Shown here: positions 8,048 to 16,064 of the stretch, one piece after another
Position numbering within the stretch: position 1 is the stretch's first letter
Layout: every line of letters starts with the position of its first letter
DNA from: a virus
Lineage: Duplodnaviria; Caudoviricetes
Length of the DNA: 37,451 nucleotides
Virus record (IMG/VR): IMGVR_UViG_3300044580_000573
Location: 1 to 37,451 of that record
Strand: one strand, 5' to 3'
Translations under genes and position numbers: made by a program
The notes under the pieces: model-generated
The model's database searches: none
What the model was told of the DNA's origin: nothing
Seen by the model: only the letters and a program-made list of their open reading frames with translations

Positions 8048-8440
8048 ATGAAAAAAGCAGACATTACAGAAAAGATCAAGTCATTTGAAGATGCATGCAG
8101 CCATCTTGGTATTGAACCTAAATTGCCCGGCGTTGACGGGTTACATCCTGTTCAGAAAAAGGGGGTTATTGCCTTTTATAAACTGTCGGTAATTACGATG
8201 GCACTTAATGAAGGCTGGTCTCCTGACTGGTCTAATAAGAACGAGTACAAATGGTTCCCCTGGTGGTATGTTTCCACCGACCGTTCGTTTGCGGGTCTCG
8301 CGTACGCGGGCACGCACTACACGGCCACGTATGCGGATGCGTACCTCGGCTCCCGTCTTGGCTTTAAAACGGAAAAGCTGGCACGGTACGCGGCTGGTCA
8401 GTTTAAGGATCTCTGGGAAGATCTTCTGTTGTTCAATTAG
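8048..8440 (+). CDS. Remote DGR target protein C (130 aa, diverged paralogue of A/B)
   Basis: ITEKIKSFEDAC..ALNEGWSPDW..GSRLGFKTEKLA; contains VR 8283-8365. Confidence 0.88.
   Translation: MKKADITEKIKSFEDACSHLGIEPKLPGVDGLHPVQKKGVIAFYKLSVITMALNEGWSPDWSNKNEYKWFPWWYVSTDRSFAGLAYAGTHYTATYADAYLGSRLGFKTEKLARYAAGQFKDLWEDLLLFN
8283..8365 (+). repeat. DGR variable repeat VR-C
   Basis: Aligns to TR 30459-30541; 10 core mismatches, all opposite TR adenines. Confidence 0.95.
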
Positions 8441-8450
8441 CTTGGTTATG

Positions 8451-8506
8451 CCTGGTAAAATGGTTAGATCCTGATGGATCGATTGCGGGTTCGAATCCCG
8501 CCCAGG
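8451..8506 (+). ncRNA. tRNA-like element (acceptor-like stem, short central hairpin, canonical T-arm)
   Basis: CCTGG/CCAGG encloses GATCC-TGAT-GGATC and GCGGG-TTCGAAT-CCCGC; no 7-nt anticodon loop. Confidence 0.5.
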
Positions 8507-8510
8507 TTAC

Positions 8511-8549
8511 AAGAAAAGCCCCCGCCATCACGGTACGATAAGCGGGGGC
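8511..8549 (-). terminator. GC-rich hairpin, possible minus-strand terminator
   Basis: GCCCCCGC(8518-25)/GCGGGGGC(8542-49), preceded by AAGAAAA; long 16-nt loop. Confidence 0.4.
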
Positions 8550-8582
8550 GGAATTAAGTATAAACTTAAAATTTAGACAAAG

Positions 8583-8798
8583 ATGCAAACAATTTCACAA
8601 ACGGAACAAATCAGGAAATACCTGAAATCAGGTAGAAAACTGACACAGCTTGGAGCTATAGCTCGCTTTGGATGTCTGCGCCTTGGGGCTAGGATTCATG
8701 AATTGAGGCATGACGGTGAGCCTGTATGCTCCCGGCTTGTTACAAGGAACGGGAAGCATTTTGCTGAGTATTATATACCTAAAAATTTAAAGTCATGA
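8583..8798 (+). CDS. Winged helix-turn-helix phage protein
   Basis: Q...I..YL..G..LT.L.A...FGC.RL.ARI.ELR..G motif. Confidence 0.75.
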   Translation: MQTISQTEQIRKYLKSGRKLTQLGAIARFGCLRLGARIHELRHDGEPVCSRLVTRNGKHFAEYYIPKNLKS

Positions 8799-9070
8799 TA
8801 GCAGAGATTATAATACTTGTAATTGTGCTGGTTGTTTTTGCGTTTGGGCTCGGCGCCATATCGTTTATCCTGCTGGTTTGGTTGAGTGACAAGGAAGATC
8901 TGCAGGATACCGACTACGTTTTTCCGTACTATACCGATGATTATTCAAATGATCTTCCTTATTTCAATCTCGGCATGTTTTCAAAAAAGAAAAAGAATGA
9001 AGATGAAAAGGGAAACGCCCATCGGGACGATGAGGAGGATTGTCTAATTCAAAACGATCCGATGCTATGA
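8795..9070 (+). CDS. Single-pass membrane protein
   Basis: Hydrophobic first 30 aa, acidic tail; ATGA overlaps on both sides. Confidence 0.6.
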   Translation: MIAEIIILVIVLVVFAFGLGAISFILLVWLSDKEDLQDTDYVFPYYTDDYSNDLPYFNLGMFSKKKKNEDEKGNAHRDDEEDCLIQNDPML

Positions 9071-9231
9071 CTTTTATCGAGAAAGTAATCAAGATGCGCG
9101 ACCTGCAGAAAAAGTACTTTAAATACCGTGATCCGCTGACCTTGCAGTCTTGCAAGGTCGCGGAGCGGGATGTAGATGCAGAGCTGCAGAAACATGTAAA
9201 GCAGGTAAGGGAACAACCTAAACTATTTTGA
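9067..9231 (+). CDS. Small hypothetical phage protein
   Basis: F..KV..MR..QK.YFK.R...L..CK..ER.VD..L...QPKLF; ATG 9067. Confidence 0.6.
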   Translation: MTFIEKVIKMRDLQKKYFKYRDPLTLQSCKVAERDVDAELQKHVKQVREQPKLF

Positions 9232-9232
9232 A

Positions 9233-9652
9233 ATGTCAAAAATATATGTAGCAAGTAGTTGGAGAAATCCTTATCAACCTGATGTTGTTGAATTTCTTCG
9301 TCAATTAGGGCATGAGGTATATGACTTTAGAAATCCTCCATCTGGAACAGGTTTCCTTTGGTCTAAAATTGATCCGAATTGGCAAAATTGGAGTATTGCT
9401 GAATATAAGGAGGCTATTAATCATCCAGTGGCTCAGGCTGGGTTTAAATCTGACTTTGATGCCATGAAATGGGCTGATATGTGTGTTTTAGTTCTTCCAG
9501 CAGGAAGATCTGCGCATACGGAAGCCGGATGGATGAAGGGGGCCGGGAAGCGGGTTTATGTATGTCAATTTGATCGGCAAGAACCGGAGTTGATGTACAA
9601 AATATATGATGGTATTCTGGCTAGCGGTGAAGATTTTATAACCCAAATATAA
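9233..9652 (+). CDS. Nucleoside 2'-deoxyribosyltransferase-like protein
   Basis: KIYVASSWRN, D.DAM..AD.CVLVLP.GRSAHTEAGW..G.GK.V. Confidence 0.65.
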   Translation: MSKIYVASSWRNPYQPDVVEFLRQLGHEVYDFRNPPSGTGFLWSKIDPNWQNWSIAEYKEAINHPVAQAGFKSDFDAMKWADMCVLVLPAGRSAHTEAGWMKGAGKRVYVCQFDRQEPELMYKIYDGILASGEDFITQI

Positions 9653-9656
9653 AAAA

Positions 9657-10037
9657 ATGATCATTGCAATTGACTTTGACGGAACGATCTGTTTCGATGC
9701 TTATCCTGGGATAGGATGTATTCAGCCATATGCGGCTGAAACTATCAATAAATTACATGATGCCGGACATTATATCATTATCAATACATGCCGGGAGGGA
9801 AACCTGTTAAATGAGGCCGTAAACTGGCTATTGGATAAAGGAATAAGGTTTAACCGGGTTAATGATAATCATCCGGATGCAACGAAAAAGTATAAATGGA
9901 ATGCGCGTAAGATCTTTGCAGATATTTACATTGATGACAGAAATCTGGGAGGTTTTCCAGGATGGATGGAAGTTTATAATTCAATGATAGGAACGTGGAA
10001 GATTTCCCGGGATAAATACAGTCTCACAATTGAATAG
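9657..10037 (+). CDS. HAD-superfamily phosphatase (cap-less type)
   Basis: IIAIDFDGT motif I, TCR motif II, K..ADIYIDDR motifs III/IV. Confidence 0.85.
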   Translation: MIIAIDFDGTICFDAYPGIGCIQPYAAETINKLHDAGHYIIINTCREGNLLNEAVNWLLDKGIRFNRVNDNHPDATKKYKWNARKIFADIYIDDRNLGGFPGWMEVYNSMIGTWKISRDKYSLTIE

Positions 10038-10038
10038 A

Positions 10039-10308
10039 ATGGCTGATATTGCGAATAAAGCCGACTACCTGGTTACAAAGGTTACATATACACATAAGAT
10101 GTGCAGTTATTGCGGGGGAACCGGGAAGGTTGAAAGTAAATTTAGGGTTGAAAAATGCCCTTATTGCAAAAATGGTGTGGCGGCAATTGAGCATCAAACA
10201 TCTATTAGTTTGATGGATGCGTTAAAAGAACTTGGATTAATCAAAAAACAAAGTGAAAATGAAAAGACAACAACAGCCAAGGCAACGACGGACGGACCTG
10301 ACCTGTAA
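10039..10308 (+). CDS. Zinc-finger protein (DnaJ-type CxxCxGxG)
   Basis: CSYCGGTG..CPYCKNG. Confidence 0.6.
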   Translation: MADIANKADYLVTKVTYTHKMCSYCGGTGKVESKFRVEKCPYCKNGVAAIEHQTSISLMDALKELGLIKKQSENEKTTTAKATTDGPDL

Positions 10309-10540
10309 CCTTACATGGGGCCGACAAACGGAGATAGCAAAAATATGCGGATGTTCAAGATCTCACGTTACGGCAGTACTAAACGGATATAGAAGTCAGG
10401 ATAAAGCATTGTCGATAAATATAATAAGACTAGCAGAACGGTTTGCACAAAGGGATAGGGGCAAGCTAATGAGAGAATATGAACAGGAAGCGCTAATGAA
10501 AGAACACCGATTACGGTATAATGCGGCACTGAGAAATTAA
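10259..10540 (+). CDS. HTH DNA-binding protein
   Basis: QTEIAKICGCSRSHVTAVLNG. Confidence 0.65.
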   Translation: MKRQQQPRQRRTDLTCNLTWGRQTEIAKICGCSRSHVTAVLNGYRSQDKALSINIIRLAERFAQRDRGKLMREYEQEALMKEHRLRYNAALRN

Positions 10541-10542
10541 CA

Positions 10543-10575
10543 TTTGGATTTCTGAAAATCTTTTTCGTACCTTTG
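10543..10575 (+). promoter_or_regulatory. Bacteroidota sigma-A promoter
   Basis: TTTG (10543-46), 21-nt spacer, TACCTTTG (10568-75) matching TAnnTTTG. Confidence 0.7.
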
Positions 10576-10639
10576 TTCCTGACTGATACTTATAACTCAG
10601 GGGCAAAAGTCCCGCAAATTTTACATCAAGGCAAGATAA

Positions 10640-10713
10640 GCCATCGGAGGGCCGTATCGTGAGGTGCGGCGACTTGTGAGCCCCGCTTATAAGTGTCAGT
10701 CACCTCCGGTGGT
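10640..10713 (+). ncRNA. C4-like antisense RNA in antirepressor leader
   Basis: 11-bp outer stem 10640-50/10703-13; GCCGTATC-GTGA-GGTGCGGC GNRA hairpin; 10687-10702 complementary to 10580-95 and (8 nt) to 10747-54 at the start codon. Confidence 0.65.
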
Positions 10714-10745
10714 ATTTTTATTTAATAACCTTTAATTCTTTCAAC

Positions 10746-11462
10746 ATGACTGACGAAAAGAATGAAAAGCAAGCCATGAGTTTGCAGGTTACGGAAGGTT
10801 TGACCGTAACAGTCCTACCTGATTCGAACCACGAGTTTTTAATGTCCACCAAAGAAGTTGCACACGGATATGGTGTACATCCGGACACTATCAGAAGTCA
10901 GAAACGGCATTACAATGATGAGTTTATTGAAGGAAAGCATTTTATCAGCAACGTGCAAATTTTGCACGTTGCCTCTTCTGGCTCATCACGGGGCACGTTT
11001 TGGACAAAACGGGGTATTGTCCGTTTGGGGTTTTTTATTAAAAGCGATCGCGCCAGATTGTTCCGGGATTGGGCAGAGGATCTTGTGATTAATAAGCTTG
11101 AATCAAAGCAAAAACAGCTATCCCTATTCCAGGAAAAATCCATGATACTTGAAAAGAGGTATGTGAAATATCCCGAATTCAAAGAGTTGTGGAACGTTAT
11201 TGAAAGCGCCATTATGGCGTGTGGCAGCGCTAATCAATTGGCGAACAGGCTTGGAATAGACGGTAGCGCATTCAGCCTGATCAAAAAACGGCCCTGGCTG
11301 GTCAGCGAAGAAAAGCAAAAGGCTATCCTGATCGGGTGCCGGAACATTCTTTCCCGCGATGCTAAAATTGACACGGAAACCATTGAACAGCTAATGATGA
11401 TCGATGATCACGACCTGCGAATGAACCTTTACTCCAAAATGCGGAAAGGGGGCCTGTTATGA
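10746..11462 (+). CDS. Phage antirepressor-like protein (ORF6N/KilA-N-like + C-terminal HTH)
   Basis: MSTKEVAHGYGV..EGKHF..WTKRGIVRLGFFIKSDRA..FRDWAE; SANQLANRLGI. Confidence 0.7.
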   Translation: MTDEKNEKQAMSLQVTEGLTVTVLPDSNHEFLMSTKEVAHGYGVHPDTIRSQKRHYNDEFIEGKHFISNVQILHVASSGSSRGTFWTKRGIVRLGFFIKSDRARLFRDWAEDLVINKLESKQKQLSLFQEKSMILEKRYVKYPEFKELWNVIESAIMACGSANQLANRLGIDGSAFSLIKKRPWLVSEEKQKAILIGCRNILSRDAKIDTETIEQLMMIDDHDLRMNLYSKMRKGGLL

Positions 11463-11671
11463 TTCAGTTTTACCCAGACCGCAGGCAGTTTACCATTACC
11501 TTTAATGGCGATCAGGAAGATTACTTTTGCATGCTGAGATGCATATCCAGGCTTATGGCCACTACCGACGAACAGCTTATAGATAAAGAAACGATCTATT
11601 ATGCCGCCTCTCTTTTGGAGAATATGATGCCAGATCCTTCACAAGTTATTCAAATTCAATTAAAAAATTAG
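11459..11671 (+). CDS. Hypothetical protein
   Basis: 70 aa, ATGA-coupled to antirepressor. Confidence 0.55.
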   Translation: MIQFYPDRRQFTITFNGDQEDYFCMLRCISRLMATTDEQLIDKETIYYAASLLENMMPDPSQVIQIQLKN

Positions 11672-11679
11672 TAATTTTG
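11672..11679 (+). promoter_or_regulatory. Putative -7 promoter element of DUF4236 moron
   Basis: TAATTTTG 40 nt upstream of ATG 11719; no clear -33. Confidence 0.4.
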
Positions 11680-11718
11680 ATAGCGCAGGCAGTTCAGCCT
11701 GCGCTAAACTTAAAGACT

Positions 11719-12336
11719 ATGGGTATCCTTTTTAGAAAAGTAAAATCAGTCGGCCCTTTCCGTTTTACGTTTAGTAAAAGCGGAATGTCAACACGTATAG
11801 GAACAAGGGGCATTGGTGTCTCGTTTGGGAAAAGGGGAACATATCTTAATGCTGGCATACCTGGATCTGGATTTTATAGCAGAACAAAAATTTCAAGTGA
11901 GGGCAAAAATCGAAGCAGTGATTCTTATCATTCCAATATTGATAATGATAGTAAAACAAGCCAAGAGGAACTGAAAATTAGAATTTACGAAAGCAGGCTT
12001 GGTCGATTATCGACAGGTATTTGGTCAGCCCTAATATTATTGGGATGTTTCCTTTTATTTGTTTCAGTTGTAGCAACAGCCACGAGTGACAACGATTCAG
12101 AGATTTTTAATTATGAGACACTTCCATCTATTGGTCTAATAATTTTAGGAGTTTTGATGATAAATATAAGACGTAGACAATGGACGAATAAGATTGAATA
12201 TTATCAAAACAAAATTAACGAGATAGAGGCTGAAAAAGAGGAAAATAAAAGAAGCATCGATGATGTTTTGTCTGAGGTGAGAATGAGAAGGCTAGAAGAA
12301 TTAAAGAAAATTTGGTCTCCACCTGACGGCCATTGA
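11719..12336 (+). CDS. DUF4236-domain membrane protein (moron-like)
   Basis: MG..FRK....GPFR..FSKSG.S..IG..G...G.RG.Y...GIPGSG.Y; two TM segments; AT-rich. Confidence 0.75.
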   Translation: MGILFRKVKSVGPFRFTFSKSGMSTRIGTRGIGVSFGKRGTYLNAGIPGSGFYSRTKISSEGKNRSSDSYHSNIDNDSKTSQEELKIRIYESRLGRLSTGIWSALILLGCFLLFVSVVATATSDNDSEIFNYETLPSIGLIILGVLMINIRRRQWTNKIEYYQNKINEIEAEKEENKRSIDDVLSEVRMRRLEELKKIWSPPDGH

Positions 12337-12369
12337 TTGATTTGAATTTATTCTAAATAATTTTACACT

Positions 12370-12397
12370 AAAGAGCCCGGTTAGTCCGGGCTTTTTT
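12370..12397. terminator. Bidirectional intrinsic terminator
   Basis: AAAGAGCCCGG-TTAGT-CCGGGCTTTTTT between convergent genes. Confidence 0.85.
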
Positions 12398-12836
12398 ATT
12401 CGTCAATGGCGTCGATAAAAGTTGTTTGATACTGCATTCTGTAGACTTTAATCCCGTCACGCCGCCGCTCCCGGCTGGCTGATGCTCTCGACAGGGTTGA
12501 AAATGATCCTTCATTGTGCCAGCCCTGTAAGGCATCATGGATTTTGTCCAGGACATCAAAAGCAGCCATCGCAGCCTCACGTACAGGGGAATTGTTGCTC
12601 GTGGCTCCCTGGGGCTGAAATGCAACCCGCAGGATCACATTGGCGGTTACTAATTGATCCCGGTTTGTTTCATCTTCGCATTTGGGATAAACAATGTCGA
12701 TCATGCAGGCCGGGAAAGCCAACTGCGGGCGTTCGGTAATCAGATCCAGTTCGCCGCTGTCCCAGTCTATCCAGCGCAGTTCCGGTACCTTTACTTCAAG
12801 CCGGTCGGAAATGTCCAAAAAGATTTGTTTGTTCAT
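12396..12836 (-). CDS. Tail terminator/completion protein (Mu gp37-like)
   Basis: LRWIDWD.G.L...RP..AFPA..I; last gene of packaging operon. Confidence 0.55.
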   Translation of the reverse strand: MNKQIFLDISDRLEVKVPELRWIDWDSGELDLITERPQLAFPACMIDIVYPKCEDETNRDQLVTANVILRVAFQPQGATSNNSPVREAAMAAFDVLDKIHDALQGWHNEGSFSTLSRASASRERRRDGIKVYRMQYQTTFIDAIDE

Positions 12837-12847
12837 GTCTGTAAAAA

Positions 12848-13393
12848 TTAAAGTATGCTTTGTAAATATGCGTCGATGCGCTCTTTGATCATGTCGAACA
12901 ATTCATCCGAATTTCCCATAAACTCGCGTTTGGGAATGTTCTGGTTTATCGTATGTTCTTTTACTTGCTGTTCACCCCCCGGCAATTGCCAGGTATGTGC
13001 TTTAACCGTAGAACCGTTTTTCCTTGTATATTCAGGAACTTCAACGCTTCTTGGATTTGTTTTCCGGGAATGAGCCGGAATAACTACCGGTCCGGAATAA
13101 CCTTCGTTATGCGCCTTGGCATATTCAACCTTGTCGTTACCGGCCGAGATTACCACCCGCTCGCGTGAGATTACGGCAGGGCGGATGCTGTTTACCAGGT
13201 TGCCGCTTTCGATCATCAGCGAGCCTGTTGTTTTTTTCCTTTTTGCCGGTTCCCACGGGTTTTTGTCAAATTCCTTCAACGTGAAGCTTTCTTTGAAATA
13301 TTCCGTAGCTGTTTCGGCCACGATATCGGGTACTGCATCAAATACGTCATCGGGTATCATGTCCAGGTATTCGGCTAAATCATTGATGGTCAT
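12848..13393 (-). CDS. Phage virion morphogenesis protein (Mu gpG-like)
   Basis: W.P.K...L..SG.L.NSI, YA.AHNEG, IPKREFMG; ATG 13393 preferred. Confidence 0.8.
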   Translation of the reverse strand: MTINDLAEYLDMIPDDVFDAVPDIVAETATEYFKESFTLKEFDKNPWEPAKRKKTTGSLMIESGNLVNSIRPAVISRERVVISAGNDKVEYAKAHNEGYSGPVVIPAHSRKTNPRSVEVPEYTRKNGSTVKAHTWQLPGGEQQVKEHTINQNIPKREFMGNSDELFDMIKERIDAYLQSIL

Positions 13394-13407
13394 AATTAAA
13401 AAATGTT

Positions 13408-13415
13408 TACATTTG
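13408..13415 (+). promoter_or_regulatory. Putative -7 promoter element for antisense-oriented sRNA
   Basis: TACATTTG matches TAnnTTTG. Confidence 0.5.
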
Positions 13416-13421
13416 TACAAG

Positions 13422-13535
13422 TTGACGGTGCGGCGTAAGGAGTTGCCAATAACCAGGGGCGGAGGGACAACGACGGCTGAAAGCAGCGTACCGTTACCAG
13501 GCCCCGAAAGAACCCGGTCAAACGCCGGGTTTTTT
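13422..13535 (+). ncRNA. Candidate structured sRNA with own terminator
   Basis: Stem 13423-32/13487-96; inner stem 13442-47/13465-71; possible pseudoknot GGGGC(13456-60)/GCCCC(13501-05); terminator AACCCGG-N7-CCGGGTT-TTTT. Confidence 0.55.
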
Positions 13536-16061
13536 AATGAGCAATCCCCACCTGTATTTATACTTATGCGCCAGTCGTTTTGCCCTGATCCCGCTTTTGG
13601 CGGTTTCGGAAACAGGGAACCAGGTCTTTACCCGGTAAACAGTTCCTTCATCAATGGCCCCAATCACGGCCAGCACCTGATCCTGGTAATACTTTAAAAA
13701 GACAAACTGGTCGAAAGTTTTACGGGTTTCCCCGGAATTGATCCACACTTCGTCGGGCGTTTTCAACGCTTCCGAAACGGCTTTTAAATACCCCGTGCGG
13801 GAGGCGTATTTTGCCGCTGAATGACCTTTCAGAAATACTTCCTCGTTGAACTCAATTGACCGGTCCAGGTAGTCGGTAAAGAAGCTTTTACCGTCCTCTT
13901 TTTTCAGCCCGTCGATAAAGTCTTTTGCCGGCCCTTCATAAACCGGAAGCTTGCCGGTTGCCGATGCCCTCATTTGTTCGTATGATTTCAGCCCGTAGGT
14001 GTGGTAGTTGACATCTTTGAGCAGCCTGGAAGCCTGGTCAGGGAACTTATTAATGTACATCTGGTCCTCGGTAAACACCTCCGGGGTGACAGCCCGGTTT
14101 ACACCAAAGCCCTGGGCCTCGTTTTGTTTCCATTCCGGCGTTTTGAGGTAAGCATCTACCCGTGCCCTCATTTCGTCGAAGTTAATATCTTTTACCTCGT
14201 GGGCCATCCGTGTTACTATATAGCAGCGGCACTTCCAGCCGTTAGGCGGCCAGATTTTGTTCCAACGCGGATCGTTTGCCGGAAGGATGACCCCGTCCAG
14301 CTTGCGGTGTTCGGGCCGGACCTTGTTATCACCAACTGTTTTATACTCCCAGTACGGGAATAGTTTTACCTTTTTAAGGAGACGGTTATAGTTATCGGTG
14401 CTGGCCGATATCAGGGTCGCAGTTTGCCATTCGGTTCGTTGCCAGTCTTTATTAAATACGTCCAGTTCTTTAGCGGCTGCCTTGTAAAAATCTTCGAAGC
14501 TTTTGCTTTGCCGGTACAGCTCGTTCAAGCGCTGTATCTCGGCAATGTCCTTTGCCGCGCTGAAATGGAATAAATTTAATTCTTGGGCTGTGCGGAAAGC
14601 ATCATTCTGGTAGTTATAGGTAAAACCCAGGTCGGCCAGATTAGTAGGTTTGCTGTCCAATGCCCGGATCAGATCCTGGCTGATCCATTCAAACAATTCC
14701 GGATCAAAGCCGGTATCTCCGGAGACGATGCGTTTAATCAGACGGTCGTGCAGGTTGTCATCTTGCAGCGTGAGGAGATTGCCATTTAACGCCCCGGCCT
14801 GCACCGGGGCCCCTGCGAAAAAATCGTACAGGCGTATCAGGAAGTTGCGTCGGTCAGCGTTTCTGATATTGTCATCGCTTTCCGGATCGTCATCCTTACC
14901 CCCTTCCGGGGTGCCTTCCGGATCATCTTCCGGCTTGGGCTTTGATGCCCCGCGCCTGGCGATTCTCTCGCCATCTTTTGGCACCGGGATGCTGTATTTA
15001 TTGTGCAAGTAGCTGGCTGGGATGTCGAGGATATCACTTAATTCGACCAGGTCGGAAACGGTGATCGGCTCCGGATCTGTAGGAAAAACAAACTTTCCTT
15101 TGGAAACCGGGAACCCTCTTTTTTCGAGCAGCGGCACGACATAGGAGTTAAGTACCCGGCGTGTAAAGCGAAGATCAGAACGATTCTTGCCTTCCTCGAC
15201 TTCCTTATGGGTTTCGGACTGTGACCGGCTGGAACCGTCAAGAGTGGTCATAGTCTGCCCCAGGATCGTGATCAGGATCTCCTCGTTGCAGGCTTTGCGG
15301 AAATCGTTATGGGCGCTTGATGAACTGCCTGTACCGGTGTTATTCACCGTCTCGATATCGGTTTCTTTAGGCACCACTACCCAGGGAGCTGACCCGGCTT
15401 TTTCCATTGCCTGTTCCAGTATCTTCCGGCTTTCCGGGTCGTAACTGGAATATTTCCCGATCCGCTGGGGCATGCCGAACAGTTCAAGCCACTGGGCATA
15501 GTCGCCAAATCCACCCCGTTTCCATATAGCCATGGGAGCTGTTTTCAGAAATAAACCGAACTGACGCGGTTTACCTATGACCAATATATGATCATCACCC
15601 GTATAATCGATGCCGGTATCGTCAGTTTCATTAATTAAAATCGAATGCGTTTCGAGTTTAATGTGCTTATGCGGGATTGGCACAAAGGCGAACCCGGCAG
15701 AGAAATCAAACTCTCCTGCAGACCGGCCCCAGAACCGGGTATGCATGATTGTTGTAAGCAGTTCTTCGAATGCGGGTGAATCGATCAGATCGTTGATCTC
15801 CGGTACTTCCTGCCCGTCTACGTCCTGGAAGATCAGCTCTGAGTTGGTGACCGCGCTGATCCGTTTATCGACCGCGTCGGCCAAAACTCCGTCGATGAGC
15901 AGGTCTTCGTACAGGTCGTAAAGCATTTTCATGCGGCCCATATCGGCAGACTTCAGGGCCGTGCGCCATTGTCCCACATCGCTTGTTTTGCGCTGCGGCG
16001 GTTTAATTACAATTTCGGTCATTAGCGGGCGGTATGCCCGTTTTTTTGTTTCAGTTGCCAT
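13518..16061 (-). CDS. Portal protein (DUF935/Mu gp29-like) fused to MuF (SPP1 gp7-like) and C-terminal BECR/PBECR2-like nuclease domain
   Basis: W..LELFGMP.RIGKY, ILGQTMTT..G.SRSQSETH (portal); Y.TVGDNKVRPEH..LDG..LP.NDP.W...PPNGWKCRC (MuF); H...R..YL..V.EAL..PDEVW..F..YY (nuclease-like). Confidence 0.8.
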   Translation of the reverse strand: MATETKKRAYRPLMTEIVIKPPQRKTSDVGQWRTALKSADMGRMKMLYDLYEDLLIDGVLADAVDKRISAVTNSELIFQDVDGQEVPEINDLIDSPAFEELLTTIMHTRFWGRSAGEFDFSAGFAFVPIPHKHIKLETHSILINETDDTGIDYTGDDHILVIGKPRQFGLFLKTAPMAIWKRGGFGDYAQWLELFGMPQRIGKYSSYDPESRKILEQAMEKAGSAPWVVVPKETDIETVNNTGTGSSSSAHNDFRKACNEEILITILGQTMTTLDGSSRSQSETHKEVEEGKNRSDLRFTRRVLNSYVVPLLEKRGFPVSKGKFVFPTDPEPITVSDLVELSDILDIPASYLHNKYSIPVPKDGERIARRGASKPKPEDDPEGTPEGGKDDDPESDDNIRNADRRNFLIRLYDFFAGAPVQAGALNGNLLTLQDDNLHDRLIKRIVSGDTGFDPELFEWISQDLIRALDSKPTNLADLGFTYNYQNDAFRTAQELNLFHFSAAKDIAEIQRLNELYRQSKSFEDFYKAAAKELDVFNKDWQRTEWQTATLISASTDNYNRLLKKVKLFPYWEYKTVGDNKVRPEHRKLDGVILPANDPRWNKIWPPNGWKCRCYIVTRMAHEVKDINFDEMRARVDAYLKTPEWKQNEAQGFGVNRAVTPEVFTEDQMYINKFPDQASRLLKDVNYHTYGLKSYEQMRASATGKLPVYEGPAKDFIDGLKKEDGKSFFTDYLDRSIEFNEEVFLKGHSAAKYASRTGYLKAVSEALKTPDEVWINSGETRKTFDQFVFLKYYQDQVLAVIGAIDEGTVYRVKTWFPVSETAKSGIRAKRLAHKYKYRWGLLIKKPGV

Positions 16062-16064
16062 ATC

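Noticed and set aside
8451-8506. Functional tRNA gene
   Set aside because: 56 nt, no D-stem, 4-nt central loop, 5-6 bp acceptor; kept only as tRNA-like element
13116-13697. 193-aa plus-strand ORF as immunity protein
   Set aside because: Antisense to the gpG-like and MuF genes, non-ATG start, and runs through a terminator; likely shadow ORF
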